A stretch of DNA of 64,000 nt from the human T2T-CHM13v2.0 reference genome, Homo sapiens, in the NCBI RefSeq assembly GCF_009914755.1, contig NC_060934.1. One strand, given 5' to 3'. Position 1 is the stretch's first letter. Each line of letters starts with the position of its first letter. Below, piece by piece: positions 38,421 to 55,860 of the stretch. The translations under genes and the position numbers were made by a program. The notes below the pieces were generated by a model. That model saw only the letters and a program-made list of their open reading frames with translations, did not search any database and was not told the DNA's origin.

Positions 38421-38584
38421 TTAACCAATTATGCTGTGCACCTTCATGTATGAAATGTGTTTGTTTTAAAGGATATCTGTAGTTTACTGGAGATTCAAGT
38501 CCAAAATTTTTAGAACTCTTTTTTCAAAAATACTGGTGAGTGTGACAGTGTCCACAAAGTCAGACAGACCCAGGTTTCAATCCC

Positions 38585-39360
<776 letters not shown>

Positions 39361-39505
39361 TCCCCAACATTGTTGCCTCCTAGCTGTGTAAACTTGAGTG
39401 GGTTAACTAACCTCTCTGAGCTTCAGATTTCTCATCTTGAAAGTAGATATTATACTATCTCCCCTACACATTGTAAGGACTAAATGAAATAATGCTCAAT
39501 AACTA

Positions 39506-39729
39506 CAGGTTGAATGTCTCTAATCAAAAAACCTAAAATCCAAAATACTCCAAACTCCGAAACCTTTTGAACACTGACATGATACTCAAAGGAAATGCTC
39601 GTTGAAGTATTTCAGATTTCGAATTCTTTGGATTTGGGATGCAGAATCAGAACGTATATGTAATGTAAATATTCCAAAATCTGAAACATTTCTGGTCCCA
39701 AACATTTCAGATATGGGATACTCAACCTG
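39506..39729. mobile_element. Tigger4a/Zombi-like TcMar-Tigger MITE
   Basis: TIRs CAGGTTGA.. and ..GGGATACTCAACCTG flanked by TA at 39504-39505 and 39730-39731. Confidence 0.85.
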
Positions 39730-39839
39730 TACTTAGCACATGGTCTGATCTAGTAAGCATTACCAATATCACTGTTAATGTGAAAGCTCTTGCCAGGGAA
39801 TCAAGTCATTCCTGATGAAACCGAGCACTTGAAACTCTT

Positions 39840-40370
39840 AAATGCCACTGGTAAGAGTACAAGTTGACACAGCATTACTTCCGTGCAGTTTTGTGGTATC
39901 TATCAAAACATAAAACGTGGCACTGAGTCTCTGGATTCAACAATTTCTTTCTGGAAATGTATCTGAGGAAATAATAGCACAAGGGCACAAAGACATGTGT
40001 CTGAGGATTTCCAGTGCATCATTATTTAATATAAAAAACTTGGAAGATAACCTAAATGTCCAGCAGTAGGAGATTGGTTAAATACATGATGGTATTCATA
40101 AAATATATTCAATGATAAGTCAGTACAACAAAAATATATTAAGTGCAAAAAGAAGGTTACAAAATATTAGGTTAGTGCAAAAGTAAAAGCAACTGTGGTT
40201 CTTGCCATTAAAAGTAATTACCACAATTACTTTTGCATCAGCCTAATAATACAAGTAATATGTTCCCATTTTGTAAAAACAGAATAAACAATAAATGTAA
40301 TTAATACAAAATGTCTGTGTTTTATGTATAGGCATATGAACATAAAGATAAACACCAAAATGTTACCAGC
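39840..40370 (+). mobile_element. Ancient L1M 3' region (host of MADE1 and MER47A)
   Basis: TATCTGAGGAAATAAT, AACCTAAATGTCCAGCAGTAGGAGATTGGTTAAATA, ACACCAAAATGTTA. Confidence 0.7.
40167..40246. mobile_element. MADE1 (Hsmar1 MITE), diverged
   Basis: TA|TTAGGTTAGTGCAAAAGTAA...AATTACTTTTGCATCAGCCTAA|TA. Confidence 0.88.
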
Positions 40371-40653
40371 ACAGATAGTCCCTCACTTACAATGATTTCA
40401 TACAGGATTGTTTTTACTTTACGATGCTGCGAAAGTGATATACATTCAGTAGAAATCATACTTCAAGTACCCATATAACTATTCTGTTTTTCACTTTCAG
40501 TCAGTATTCAATACATGACATGGAATATTCACCACTTTATTATACAATAGGCTTTGTGTTTGATGATTTTGCCTGACTATAGGCTAAGGCAAGTGTTCTG
40601 AGCACCCTTAGGGTAGGCCAGGCTAAGCTATGATGTTTGGCAGGTTAGGCGTG

Positions 40654-41370
<717 letters not shown>

Positions 41371-41405
41371 GATCCACCTGTATTTTTACTCATACTTACA
41401 ATATT

Positions 41406-41718
<313 letters not shown>

Positions 41719-41739
41719 TTTACTTACAATATTTCTGTC

Positions 41740-42086
<347 letters not shown>

Positions 42087-42139
42087 TAACTCCATTCTAA
42101 GTCAAAAAGCATCTGTATAGCTGTAACTGCCCCAGGTAT

Positions 42140-42530
42140 GATAGGCATCTGTGCTTCTAAGTATTTCTGGCTATGCCTTTGAGGCATAGAGTAGAAGTTA
42201 CACTTCCTAGCCCCTTTGTAGTTGGGCTGGACCATATGAGAGTGCTGGTAACATATGTCACTTCTGCGTCAAAATTTAATTGTTGGTGTGTGACTTTTCA
42301 TAGCTCTCTTCTTTTCCCTTTGCCACAGCAACCAGTGGTGTTCCAAATGCTAGGTAGTAGCTCTGACTACCTGAGTCCCAGAGTAGGAAAGATGATGACA
42401 TTGGAGCAGAGGTCCCAGCCAGCCTTCTGACATGATTATCATAGCTTGAGGAACAAAATATCAATGGGATTAAGCCACTGATATTGGGAATTGTCTGTTA
42501 TTTCAGCAAAACCTAATCTGTACTTCTGAT
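42140..42530 (+). mobile_element. MaLR LTR (MLT1I/J-like)
   Basis: TACACTTCCTAGCCCCTTTGTAGTTGGG..TGTCACTTC..TTAAGCCACTGATATTGGG..TGTTATTTCAGCA. Confidence 0.7.
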
Positions 42531-42877
42531 GATAGGGATTATGGCTGATTTTTATTTTCTTCTTTTACTTTAGTTATTGCAATTTCTGATTCTTTCCCTC
42601 TGGCGAAGCACAAAGTAGGGCAGGACTTATGGGTCATTCTGAAAGTCTTGTTAAGGGGATGTCTAGACTAGAAGAACTAGTTTGACTTCTCATCCAGACT
42701 GGCCATGGGCCTGTCCCCTGACACAGTGGGTGGTTTGTTGGGGAGACATGAGGAGAAAAGTAGTGTGAGGAGCCAGAAGGCAGAGCAAATTGCACATTGG
42801 CAGCCCTGGCTCATCAGAGGCCAGGCCTAGGATGTGAGGCTAGCGGCCTAAATGCCAGGTGTCAGGAACGCGAAGTG

Positions 42878-42957
42878 TTAGGTTAGTGCAAAAGTAATCG
42901 CGGTTTTTTCCATTACTTTCAATAGCAAAAACCGCAATTACTTTTGTACCAACCTAA
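42878..42957. mobile_element. MADE1 (Hsmar1 MITE), full 80 bp
   Basis: 37-bp TIRs matching at 32/37 around a 6-bp spacer; 3' TA flank. Confidence 0.93.
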
Positions 42958-43065
42958 TAAATATATGAAAATTGGGGTCGGGGCATGTTTATCAGAAATG
43001 CTTAGTGTTACTGACAGCCTAGTCTGAAGTTTAGAGCCTCTCATCACAGAATACCAAGGCTCTCT

Positions 43066-43368
43066 CTCTCTCTCTTTTTTTTTTTGAGGTAGAGTCTCAC
43101 TCTGTCACCCACGCTGGAGTGCAGTGGCACAATCTCAGCTCACTGCAACCTCTGCCTCCTGGGTTCAAGTGAATCTCCTGCCTCAGCCTCCTGAGTAGCT
43201 GAGATTACAGGTGCCTGCCACCATGCTCGGCTAATTTTTGTATTTTTAGTAGAGACAGGGTTTCACCATTGTTGGCCAGGCTGGTCTCGAACTCCTGACC
43301 TCAAGTGATCTGCCTGCCTTACCCTCCCAAAGTGCTGGGATTACAAGTGTGAGCCACCGTGCCCGGCC
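43066..43368 (-). mobile_element. Alu (AluSx/Sz-like)
   Basis: TSD CAGAATAC(C/T)AAGGCTCTCT at 43047-43065 and 43370-43388. Confidence 0.95.
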
Positions 43369-43740
43369 TCAGAATACTAAGGCTCTCTTATTTCTTCTCT
43401 CTACTTTCTGTCAGATCCATAGCCTGCTACTAGAACATTCCTTTTAAACAATAGATTGATGGTATTACTCCTCTGCTCAAAAATCTCCCTCTTGAAAAAA
43501 GGTAATGTCAATGGTCCTCTTATTGATTGATTTTTAAACAACCTTATAAAGAGTCTCTAAATAGCTCAGATTTTAAAAAAACATTATTTTTAGTTGGCAT
43601 GTAATAATTGTAGACATTATGGGATAGAATGATATCTCAATACATGTATACAATGTGTAACGATTAAATCAGGGTACTTAGCATATGTGTCACCTTTTAT
43701 CATTTGTTTGTGTTGGCAACATTCAAAATTCTCTCTTCCA

Positions 43741-44105
43741 GGCCAGGCGAGAGGCAGGCGCGGTGTCTCACACCTGTCTGGGTGGCGGTGTCTCACGCTT
43801 GTAATCCCAGCACTTTGGGAGGCTGAGGCAGGTGGATCACTTGAGGTCAAGAGTTTGAGCAAGCCTGGCCAACATGGTGAAACCCTGTCTCTACTAAAAA
43901 TACAAACAAAAAAACACACACAAATAATTAGCCAGGTGTGGTGGTGCATGCCTGTAATCCCAGGCTACTCAGAAGGCTGAGGCAGGAGAATCACTTGAAC
44001 CCGGGAGGTGGAGGCTGCCATGAGGCAAGATTGTGCCACTGCACTCCAAGCTGGGTGACAGAGTGAGTGAGACTCTGTCTCAAAAAGCAAAAAAAAAAAA
44101 AAAAG
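43741..44105 (+). mobile_element. Alu (AluS) with duplicated 5' end
   Basis: TSD AAATTCTCTCTTC at 43726-43738 and 44106-44118. Confidence 0.93.
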
Positions 44106-44421
44106 AAATTCTCTCTTCTAGCTATTGAAAAATATACAATAGATTATTCTTATCTATAGTCACCCTACAGTGCTATATAATACTAGAATTCATTCCTCCT
44201 ATCTAGCTATAATTTTGTATCCATTAACAAACGCTTCCCTATCCTCTCCTCCCCACTATCTTTCCCAGCCTCTAATAACCACAGTTCTACTCTCTACTTC
44301 AATGTGCTCAAGTTTTGTCGCTCCCACATATGAGAGAGAACATGTGGTATTTATTTCTTTGGGCCTGACTTTGATGCATATGACAGGATCCCATCATTTT
44401 TAATGGCTGAATAATCCATTG

Positions 44422-44480
<59 letters not shown>
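44422..44480. repeat. (TC)n(TG)n compound microsatellite
   Basis: About (TC)10 followed by about (TG)19. Confidence 0.95.
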
Positions 44481-44483
<3 letters not shown>

Positions 44484-44588
44484 AATTTCTTTATCCATTC
44501 CATGTCTATATCCAGTATTGACATACACTTCGGTAGATTCCATATCTTGGCTATTGTGAATAGTGCTGCAATAAAAATAGGGGTGCAT

Positions 44589-44907
44589 GGCCAGGCACAG
44601 TGGCTCACGCCTGTAATCCCAGCACTTTGGGAGGCCGAGGCGTGTGGATCACCTGAGCTCAGGAGTTCGAGACCAGCATGGCTAACATGGTGAAACCCTG
44701 TTTCTACTAAAAATACAAAAAAATTTAGCTGGGCACGGTGGCACGTGCCTGTAATCCCAGCTACTCAGGAGGCTGAGGCAGGAGAATCAATTGAACCTGG
44801 GAGGCAGAGGTTTCAGGGAGCTGAGATCGCACCACTGCACTCTTGGGAAACAAGAGCGAAACTCCATCTCTCAAAAAACAAACAAATAAATAAATAAATA
44901 AATAAAT
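44589..44907 (+). mobile_element. Alu (AluSp/Sq-like) with (TAAA)n tail
   Basis: GGCCAGGCACAGTGGCTCACGCC..AACAAGAGCGAAACTCC. Confidence 0.94.
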
Positions 44908-45927
44908 AGTGGGGCAGATATCTCTTCAATATACTGATTTCCCTTCCTTAAGATAAATATCCAACAGTGGGATCGTTGAATCATATGGTAGTTCTATTTT
45001 AGGTCTTTGAGGACTGTCCATACTCTTTTCCATAATGGCTATGCTAATTTACATTCCCACCAACAAAGTATAATAGTTCCCTTTTCTCTGCATCCTCACC
45101 AGCATTTGTTATTTTTTGTCTTTTCGATAATAGCTGTTCTAACTGGGGTGACAGGATATCTCATTGTGGTTTTAATTTGCTTTTCCCTGATAATTAGTGA
45201 TGGTGAGCATTTTTTCATGTACATGTTGGCCATTTGTGTGTCTTCTATTGAGAAAAATCTATTCAGATCCTTTGCCAGTCTGATTATTTGTGGGGCTTTT
45301 GTTTTTGTTTGTTTGCTTGTTTTTGCTATTGTTTGCATTTCTTATATACTCAGGATATTGTCAGATGAACAGTTTGCAAATATTTTCTCCAATTCTGCAG
45401 GGTTTTGCTGCACTCTGTTGACTTTTTTTTTTTTTTTTTTTTTTGCTGTGCAGAAACATTTTAGTTTGAAATAGCCCAATTTGTCTATTTTTGCTTTGAT
45501 TACATGTGCTTTTGAAGTCTTACCCATAAAATGATGGCCCAGACCACTGCTTTGTAGCATTTTCCCAATGTTTTCTTAAAGTAGTTTTATAGTTTCAGGT
45601 CCTACACTTAGTATTTAATCCATTTTAGTAGTTTTTTAAAATATATATATGGTGAGAGATATAGGTCTAGTTGCATTGTTCTGCATGTGGATATCCAGTT
45701 TTCCCAATACCATTTATTGATGAGGTGGTTCTTTCCTAATGTATGTTTTTGGTACTTTTTGTTGAAAATCAGTTGACTATAAATATGTGAATTTGTTTCT
45801 GGGTTCCTATATTCTCCCGTTGGTTTTTGTGTCTGTTTTAATATCAATACCATGCTGTTTGGGTTACAATAGCTTGTAGTATATTTTGAAGTAGGGTAGT
45901 GTGATGTCTCTAGCTTTTTCTTTTATT

Positions 45928-45958
<31 letters not shown>

Positions 45959-46914
45959 GCTATTTGAGGTCTTTGGTGGTTCCATATAAATTTTAGGATT
46001 TTTTTTTCTATTTTTTTGAAGAATGTCATTGGTATTTTGATACAGATTGCATTAAATGTGTAGATTGCTTTGAGTAGTATGGCCATTATAGCAATATTAA
46101 CTCTTTCAATTCATGAATATGGGATGTCTTTTCATTTTTTCTGTTCTCTTCAGTTTCTTTCATTGTGTTTTGCAGTTTTCATTGTAGAGATGTTTCACCT
46201 TCTTTGTTAAATTTATTCCTAGGTATTTTATTTTGTTTTTGTAGCTATCATAAATGGGATTGCTTTCTTGATTTCTTTTTCAGCTAATTCATTATTGGTA
46301 TATAACAATTCTACTGATTTTTCTATGTTGATTTTGTATCCTGCAACTTTACTGAATTTGCTTATCTATTCTCAGATATTTTGGTGGAGTTTTTAAGATT
46401 TTCTCTATATAAGGTTATGTTGTCTGCAAATGTAGATGCCCTCCATTTCTCTCTTGCCTAATTGCTCTAGCTAGGCTTCCAATACTGTGTGTAATATGAG
46501 TGGTGAAAGTGGGCATCCTTGTGTTGTTCCAGTTCTTGGAGGAAAAGCTTTCAGCTTTTCTCTGTTTGGTGTGATGTTAGCTGAGGGTTTGTCATACATG
46601 ACCTTTATTGTATTATGTTCCTTGTATAGTTAATTTGCTGAGAGTTCTTATCATGAAGGGATGTTGAATTTTATCAAATGCTTTTGCTGTGACTATTGAG
46701 ATGATTGTATGGTTTTTGTTCTTCATTTTGTTGATGTGATGTATCACATGTACTGATTTGATTTGTATATGTTGAACCATCTTTGCATCCCTGAAATAAA
46801 TCCCCCATGATCTTTTTGATGTTCTGTTGGATTTGGTTTGCTAGTATTTTGTTGAGGGATATCGGCCTATAGTTGTTGTTGTTATTGTTGTGTTCTTGTC
46901 TGGTTTGTCTGTGT

Positions 46915-47516
<602 letters not shown>

Positions 47517-47518
47517 AT

Positions 47519-47769
47519 GATTTTTATTTTTTAATTTGTAATTTTTATGGGTATATAGTAGGTGTATATATTTATGAGGTACATGAGATATTTTGATACA
47601 GGCATACAATATGTAATAATCACATGAGGGTATGTGGTGTATTCATCACCTCAAGCATTTATCATTTCTTTGTATTACAAACATTCCAGTTATACTGTTA
47701 GTAATTTTTAAATGAACAGTAAATTTTTGTTGACTGTGGTCACCCTGTTGTGCTATCAAATACAAGATC
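47519..47769 (-). mobile_element. 5'-truncated L1MA2/3-like 3' end inserted in the older L1
   Basis: TATTTATGAGGTACATGAGATATTTTGATACAGGCAT..GTCACCCTGTTGTGCTATCAAATA; TSD TTCTTGTCTGGTTT at 46893-46906 and 47770-47783. Confidence 0.8.
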
Positions 47770-50508
47770 TTCTTGTCTGGTTTTGATATTATAGTAATGC
47801 TGGCTTTGTAGAATGAGTTAGGAAGAATTCTCTCCTCTTCAAATTTTTGGAGTAGTTTGAAAAGTACTGGTGCTAATTCTTCTTTGAAAGTTTCATAGAA
47901 TTCAGCACAAAAGCCCATCCAATCCTGGGCTTTTCTTTGTTGTGAGACTTTTTATTACTAATTTGATCTTGTTACTTGTTTTTAGTCTCTTCAGGTTTTC
48001 TATTTCTTCATGGTTCAATCTTGGTAGGTTATATGTGTCCAGGAACTTACTCATTTCTTCTAGGTTTCCGGTTTGTGGGTGTATAGTTGTTCTTAGTAAT
48101 CTCTGATGATCCTTTGTATTTCTGTGATAATGCCAGATATAATATCTGCTTCTTCATTTCTGAGTTTATTTATTTGGATCAGCTCTCTTTTCTTCTTAGT
48201 CTAACTAATAATTTGTCAATTTTGATTATCTTTTCAAAAAACCAATTTTTCATTTCTTGGATCTTTTGTCATTTTTTTTTCTCTACTTCATTTAATTCTG
48301 CTCTGATGTTTATTTATTTCCATCTATTAATTTTGAGTTTGGTTTGTTCTTGCTTTTCTAGTTCCTTTAGGTGTATCATTAGGTTGCTTATTTAAAATCT
48401 TTCTACTTTTTTGTTGTAGGCATTTATTGCTATACATTTCTCTCTTAGTACTGTTTTTGCTGTGTCCTATCAATTTTGGTGTGTTGTGTTTCTATTTTCA
48501 TTTGTTTCAATAATTTTTTTATTTCTCGCTTAATTTCTTAATTGATTCATTCATTGTTCAAGAACATTTTGTTTAATTTCCAAGTATTTGTACAGTTTTC
48601 AGTTACACTTGTTATTTATTTTAGTTTTATTCCATTGTAGTTTGAGAAAGTACTTGATATAATTTATATTTCTAAATATTTGTTGAGACTTCTTTTTTGC
48701 CCTAATATACGGGCAATCCTGGAGAACGTTCCATGTACTGATGAGAAGAATGTGTATCCTGCAGCTGTTGGATGAAATGTTCTACAAATATCTGTTAGGT
48801 TCATTTGGTCTGTAGTGTAGTTTAATTCCAATGTTTCTTCTTTAATTTTCTGTCAAGATGATCTGTTTAACGATAAGAGGGGGATGCTAAAGTCCGCAGC
48901 CATTACTGTATTGTGGTCTAGCTCTTCTTTTAGTTCGAATGATATTTCCTTTATATATCTGAGTACTCTAGAACTGGATACATATATATTTACAATTGTT
49001 AGATCTTCCTGATGAATTGATCCTTTTATCATTATATAATGACTGTCTTTGTCTTTCTTTATGTTTTTTGACTTAAAGTCTCTTTTGTATTATATAGGCA
49101 TAGCTACTCCTGCTCTCTTTTGGTTCCATTTCACATGGAATCCTTTTTACTTTCAGTCTATTTGTGCCTTTTTAAGTGATGTGAGTGTCTTCTAGGCAGC
49201 ATATAGTTGGATCTTTTTTAAATCCATTCGTCCAGTCTATATTTTCAAATTGGGAAATTCAAACTATTTACATTCAAAGTTGTTACTGACAGGTGAGGAC
49301 TTACTCTTGTCATTTGGTTAATTGTTTTCTGGTTGTTTTGCATATCTTTTGTTCCTTTATTTCTCTATCATTGTTTATCTTTGATGTTCAGTGTTTTTTT
49401 GTAGTTGTAATATTGATTCTTTCTCTTTTAGATTTGTGTGTCTGTTCTACCAGTGAGTTTTATATTTTCATGGATTTACAAGATGCTAGACATCCTCCTT
49501 TCACTTCCAAATGTAGGACTGCCTTAAGCATTTCTTGTAGATATGGTCTAGTGGTGACAAATTTTTTCAGTTTTTGCTTGTCTGTGGAGAAACTTTATTT
49601 CTCCTTCATTTCTGAAGGCTAACTTTGGTGGATATAGTATTCTTGGCCACTGTTTTTTTTTTCCTTTCATCTCTTTGAATATATAATCCCATTATCTCTT
49701 GGCTTGTAAAGTTTCTGCTGGGATACCTACTGATTGTCTAGTAGGTATTCTCTTATATGAGACTTGATGCTTTTCTCTTGCTGCTTTTAGAATTCTCTTT
49801 GACTTTTGACAGCTTAAGCAGAATGTGCCTCAGAGAGAAACTTTCTGGGTTGAATATATTTGAGGATTGTTGAACTTTCTGTATCTGGATGTAAAGTTCA
49901 ACATCATTCTCAAGACTTGAAAAGTTTTCAGCTATTATTTTATTAAATAGGTTTTCTATGCCTTATCTCATCTCTTTTCCTTTTGGAACTCCCAAAATAT
50001 GAATATTTGATTGCTTAATGGTGTGTCACATATTGTGTTGGCTTTCTTTAATTTTTTTTTGTCTGACTGGATTATTTCAAAAGACCTGTCTTCAGGTTTA
50101 GAAAGTCTTTCTAATTTCTAATTTCTAAAATTAGAAATAGTAGATATTTATTGTTGAAGTTCTCAATTGTATTTTTATTTTAGTAATTGAATTATTTATT
50201 TCCAGGATTTCTGTTTGGTTCTTTTTTATATCTATCTCTTTGTTCAATTTCTCATTCAGATTAAAATTTGTTTCCTAATTTCTTGAATTGCTTATCTGTT
50301 TTCTTGCAGAGTTTGCTTAAGACCATTGTTTTGAATTTCTTTTCGGGCATTTCAAGGGTTTCCTTTGCAGAGATGTTGTTACTGGAAAATTATTATGTTT
50401 CTTTGGAAGGGTAATATTTCTTTGCTTTTTCATGTTTCTTGTGTCCTTATGTCTATAACTGCAGATCTGGTGGAACAGTTGCTTCTTCCAATTTTATGGA
50501 GTAGCTTT

Positions 50509-50816
50509 TGTTTGTTTGTTTGTTTGCTTGTTTGTTTTTTTGAGACGGAGTCTCGCTCTGCCACCCAGGCTGGAGTGCAGTGGCACGATCTCTCAGTTCA
50601 CTGCAACGTCTGCCTCGTGGGTTCAAGCGATTCTCCTGCCTCAGCCTCCCGAGCAGCTGGGATTACAGGCATGTGTTACCACGCCTGGCTAATATTTGTA
50701 TTTTCAGTACAGACAGAGTTTTGCCATGTTGGCCTCAAACTCTTGACCTCAGGTGTTCCACATGCCTCGGCCTCCCAAAGTGCTGGGATTACAGGCATGA
50801 GCCATCACACCTGGCC
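50509..50816 (-). mobile_element. Alu (AluS)
   Basis: TSD TGGAGTAGCTTT at 50497-50508 and 50819-50830. Confidence 0.94.
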
Positions 50817-51813
50817 TGTGGAGTAGCTTTCATAGGGGAAAACTTCTTCCTGTAGATACATCCTATGGTTTCAATTGGGTGGAGTGCTTTGGCTTTGGTT
50901 CTGGGTGAGCACAGTAGTGTAGTATCCATACGATTTCTTCAACTATAAGCAAAATCAACAGTTCTGCAAATCCCTCAGTGGCCTGGGCTTCAGTTGTTTG
51001 TGGAGGCTGCAGTGTAGCCTGGCTGGGGTCTGGGACACTGGTTAGGTCAGTCCTTAACTGTGAATAAGGACTGACCACATGTGAATAGCTCAGATTTATT
51101 TCCTCCTCCCTTTCCTTGGGCTCTTTTTCCTCTCAGGAATATTCCCCACTCCTCATTACACCACACTCCTCTCAGACCTACTCAGTCCTCAAGGTCCCAA
51201 ATATGTCCCACTACCTGCAGGTAGCCTTCCCAGATGATCATAGTCCTGAGAAGAGCCCTCAGAAACCCCACAGCATTTACTTTGTCTCCAGTAACCTGGA
51301 CTACACTTTCCACCTACCTCTTTTAATCTAATCCAACTGGCTGCTCTCCTAGAAGGCAGAGACCACGTCTTATGCATCTTTGTCCAAATGCCAGTTCTTC
51401 AGTAATTCAGATGAGAAGTTGCCCCGTAAACACAGGTTTCATTATCAAACCAGGGCTCCCTGTTCTGGCAGGGAGGTTAATGCCTACCTACCTCTGAGCC
51501 AACACTCCCAGCTCTGCATTTAGAAAACCCCCCCGAAAAGATACATTTTCTCTTGGCTTTCAGAGGAACTTGGGAGACACATGGAATTATCTCAGGCTCA
51601 TTCTTTGTGTCTGTTCTTGAAAGCTGTTAGAAGGTCTGCTTAGATGGTACTGTGTGGAAATAAAATTTAAGCAAAAAAGTTATATATATATGGTATGCTT
51701 CACCCAGTATTTTACCCAAAGAATGATAACATGATATTTCAAAAATTAAGGAGAAGAAAAATTATATACAAAAACTCTTATTGCATTGGATTTTCCACAA
51801 TATTTTTAAAACA

Positions 51814-53020
<1,207 letters not shown>

Positions 53021-53033
53021 CAAAACAAAATGA

Positions 53034-53431
<398 letters not shown>

Positions 53432-53664
53432 TCAGAAATGAAATACAAGATGAGAGGAATTTGCTTCCAAGTGAGAGAGCATAGACCTGTAACTTCTCTC
53501 CTTGCTGAGGGAAACTCTCATCTCCAAAACCCTCTTTCCCTCAGGAATTCGTTGGGTCTAATGTGGGCATAGCAGCTGTTGCCTTGGAACCTGAGGGTAC
53601 GTACGTCTTTTAAACTTTGTGTTCTTTGTATTTTTAATGGAATAAACAGCATGTTAATTATCAA

Positions 53665-53970
53665 TTTATTTTTATTTTTATTTTTTTGAGACAGGGTGTC
53701 CTTTGTCACCCAGGCTACAGTGTAGTGGCACCATCTTGGCTCACTGCAGCCTTGACCTCCTGGGCTCAAAGGATCATCCCCCGCTGCAACTCCCAAGTAG
53801 CTGGGACCACAGGCGCATGCCACTATGTCTCGTTAATTTTTGTATTTTCTGTAGAGACAGCATTTTGCCATGTTGCCCAGGCTGGTCTTGAACTCCTGGC
53901 CTCAAGTGATCCACCCACCTTGGCCTCCCAAAGTGCTGAGATTAGAGGCATGAGCCACTGAACCCAGCCT
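53665..53970 (-). mobile_element. AluJ-like
   Basis: CACTGCAGCCTTGACCTCCTGGGCTCAA; TSD-like TAATTAT(C/T)AATTTA. Confidence 0.92.
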
Positions 53971-54929
53971 AATTATTAATTTAATAAGCATTTTTCTTGC
54001 AGGGTCCCAGAATGGCCAATCATGCCCTATACTTATAACTGTATACTACCATTCCCAAAGCTAATCAATACTAATTCTTCCTATTGAGACCAGATGCAGA
54101 TTCAGACTCCTTGATAGATCTCTGTAACTGTAATAAAAGTAAATGGGTGTTAGCATGAGCCAAAATGCAGTTTTCTATCATTAGGACACCTCTCAAGGCT
54201 TCCAGGCAGCTGGCATCACATTCAAACCTAGATTTCGTATCAGGAGATGTGGCCTACTGGAGAAGGAGAGCTGAGTGCTGACTGCTGTGTCAGTAAGTAA
54301 GTGGTGATGTGTGGTCTCACAAGAATCCAAAGCCAGGCTTAGCCATGAGCCAGATCTTTAAGTAAGTGTCAGGTCCCAGGCAAGTTCCAGTGAATAAATG
54401 AAGATGTAAACCAAAATCAACATTAACCTGATTTTCCTCCTACAGTTTATGTAAGATTATATAATATAGTACTTGAGGAAGACAAGCAAAACCCCAAAGT
54501 GTCTGATGTGTGTTGGTGTAAGCCTTCATTGCTAACATTTTTCTTGGGTTAGAAGAACTCACAAGGCAGAAGGCTCTTTATGGATCTTCCTTCTCTAGTG
54601 CTACTGAATTCTTTTTCTTCCAATCTGGTTTGTAAGGCCACATCAGCTTTCTCCCTTCCTGCGTCTTTCCTAACTCTGAAACTTCTAGAAGGAAGCTCTC
54701 TTCCTTTTCCTTTGCTCACCTCTGCCTCTGTTTCTGCCCAGTTTCCCTGGCTCTAGTCCCTACTGCAGGAGCCTCTCAGGGTACACAAGCCTGTCTAGAC
54801 ATTGGCTCAGGAGGGCTCCTGGTACACACACAGGTCCCACTTCCTGACCCTTGAGCTTATCTGGCTTGGAACAAGAGAGTCAGTTTTAAAAAGATAATTC
54901 AAGGTCTTCCGTCTACTACTCTGTTGAGC

Positions 54930-55100
54930 ACTTAAAATATATGATCCTATTTATCATCTTAATAATTCTGTGAGGTAGATATTATTATCTCTTTTTTTAA
55001 AATGAAGACACTGATCTTTAAATAAGTATATAACCCAAAGGCACACAGAAAGCAGTGGTAGAGCTCTGAAATCTGTGACCCTAACAAGACTGCCTCTGAA
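54930..55100 (-). mobile_element. MIR
   Basis: CTGTGAGGTAGATATTATTATC..AAATGAAGACACTGA..CACACAG..AGTGGTAGAGCT. Confidence 0.65.
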
Positions 55101-55509
55101 CCCTTCAGCAGGATTATTGCCTGAATTCCCTTTGTGCCTTGGCCTGATTGGCTCCTGTGGTCCTTCAAAAGTCTCTGAGTTAAAGAAATAAAGGTATAAT
55201 AATTAAGTTTCTGCCAGTGAAGCAGATATTTGGAGCCACACAATTCCTACCTAATTACAAGAGCTACTCTTAGAAAATACATGGACTCAGGTTTTCTCAG
55301 CTAGAACAGTACATGCTAGAGAGTTCTTCAGGAGACATTAAGGAACTGCAGCTGTGACGAAAATGCAAGGGACTCAGACTAGCTAAAACAATCTTAAAAA
55401 AAAAGAGCCAAGTTGGAGGACTCACACTTCCTAATTTCAAAACTTACTACAAAGCTACAGTGTCAAGAGAGTATGGTACTGGCATAAGGATAGACAAATA
55501 GATCGATGA

Positions 55510-55860
<351 letters not shown>

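Noticed and set aside
42830-42839. GGATGTGAGG matching the 7SK 5' end
   Set aside because: Only 10 nt match; the following sequence does not continue as 7SK.
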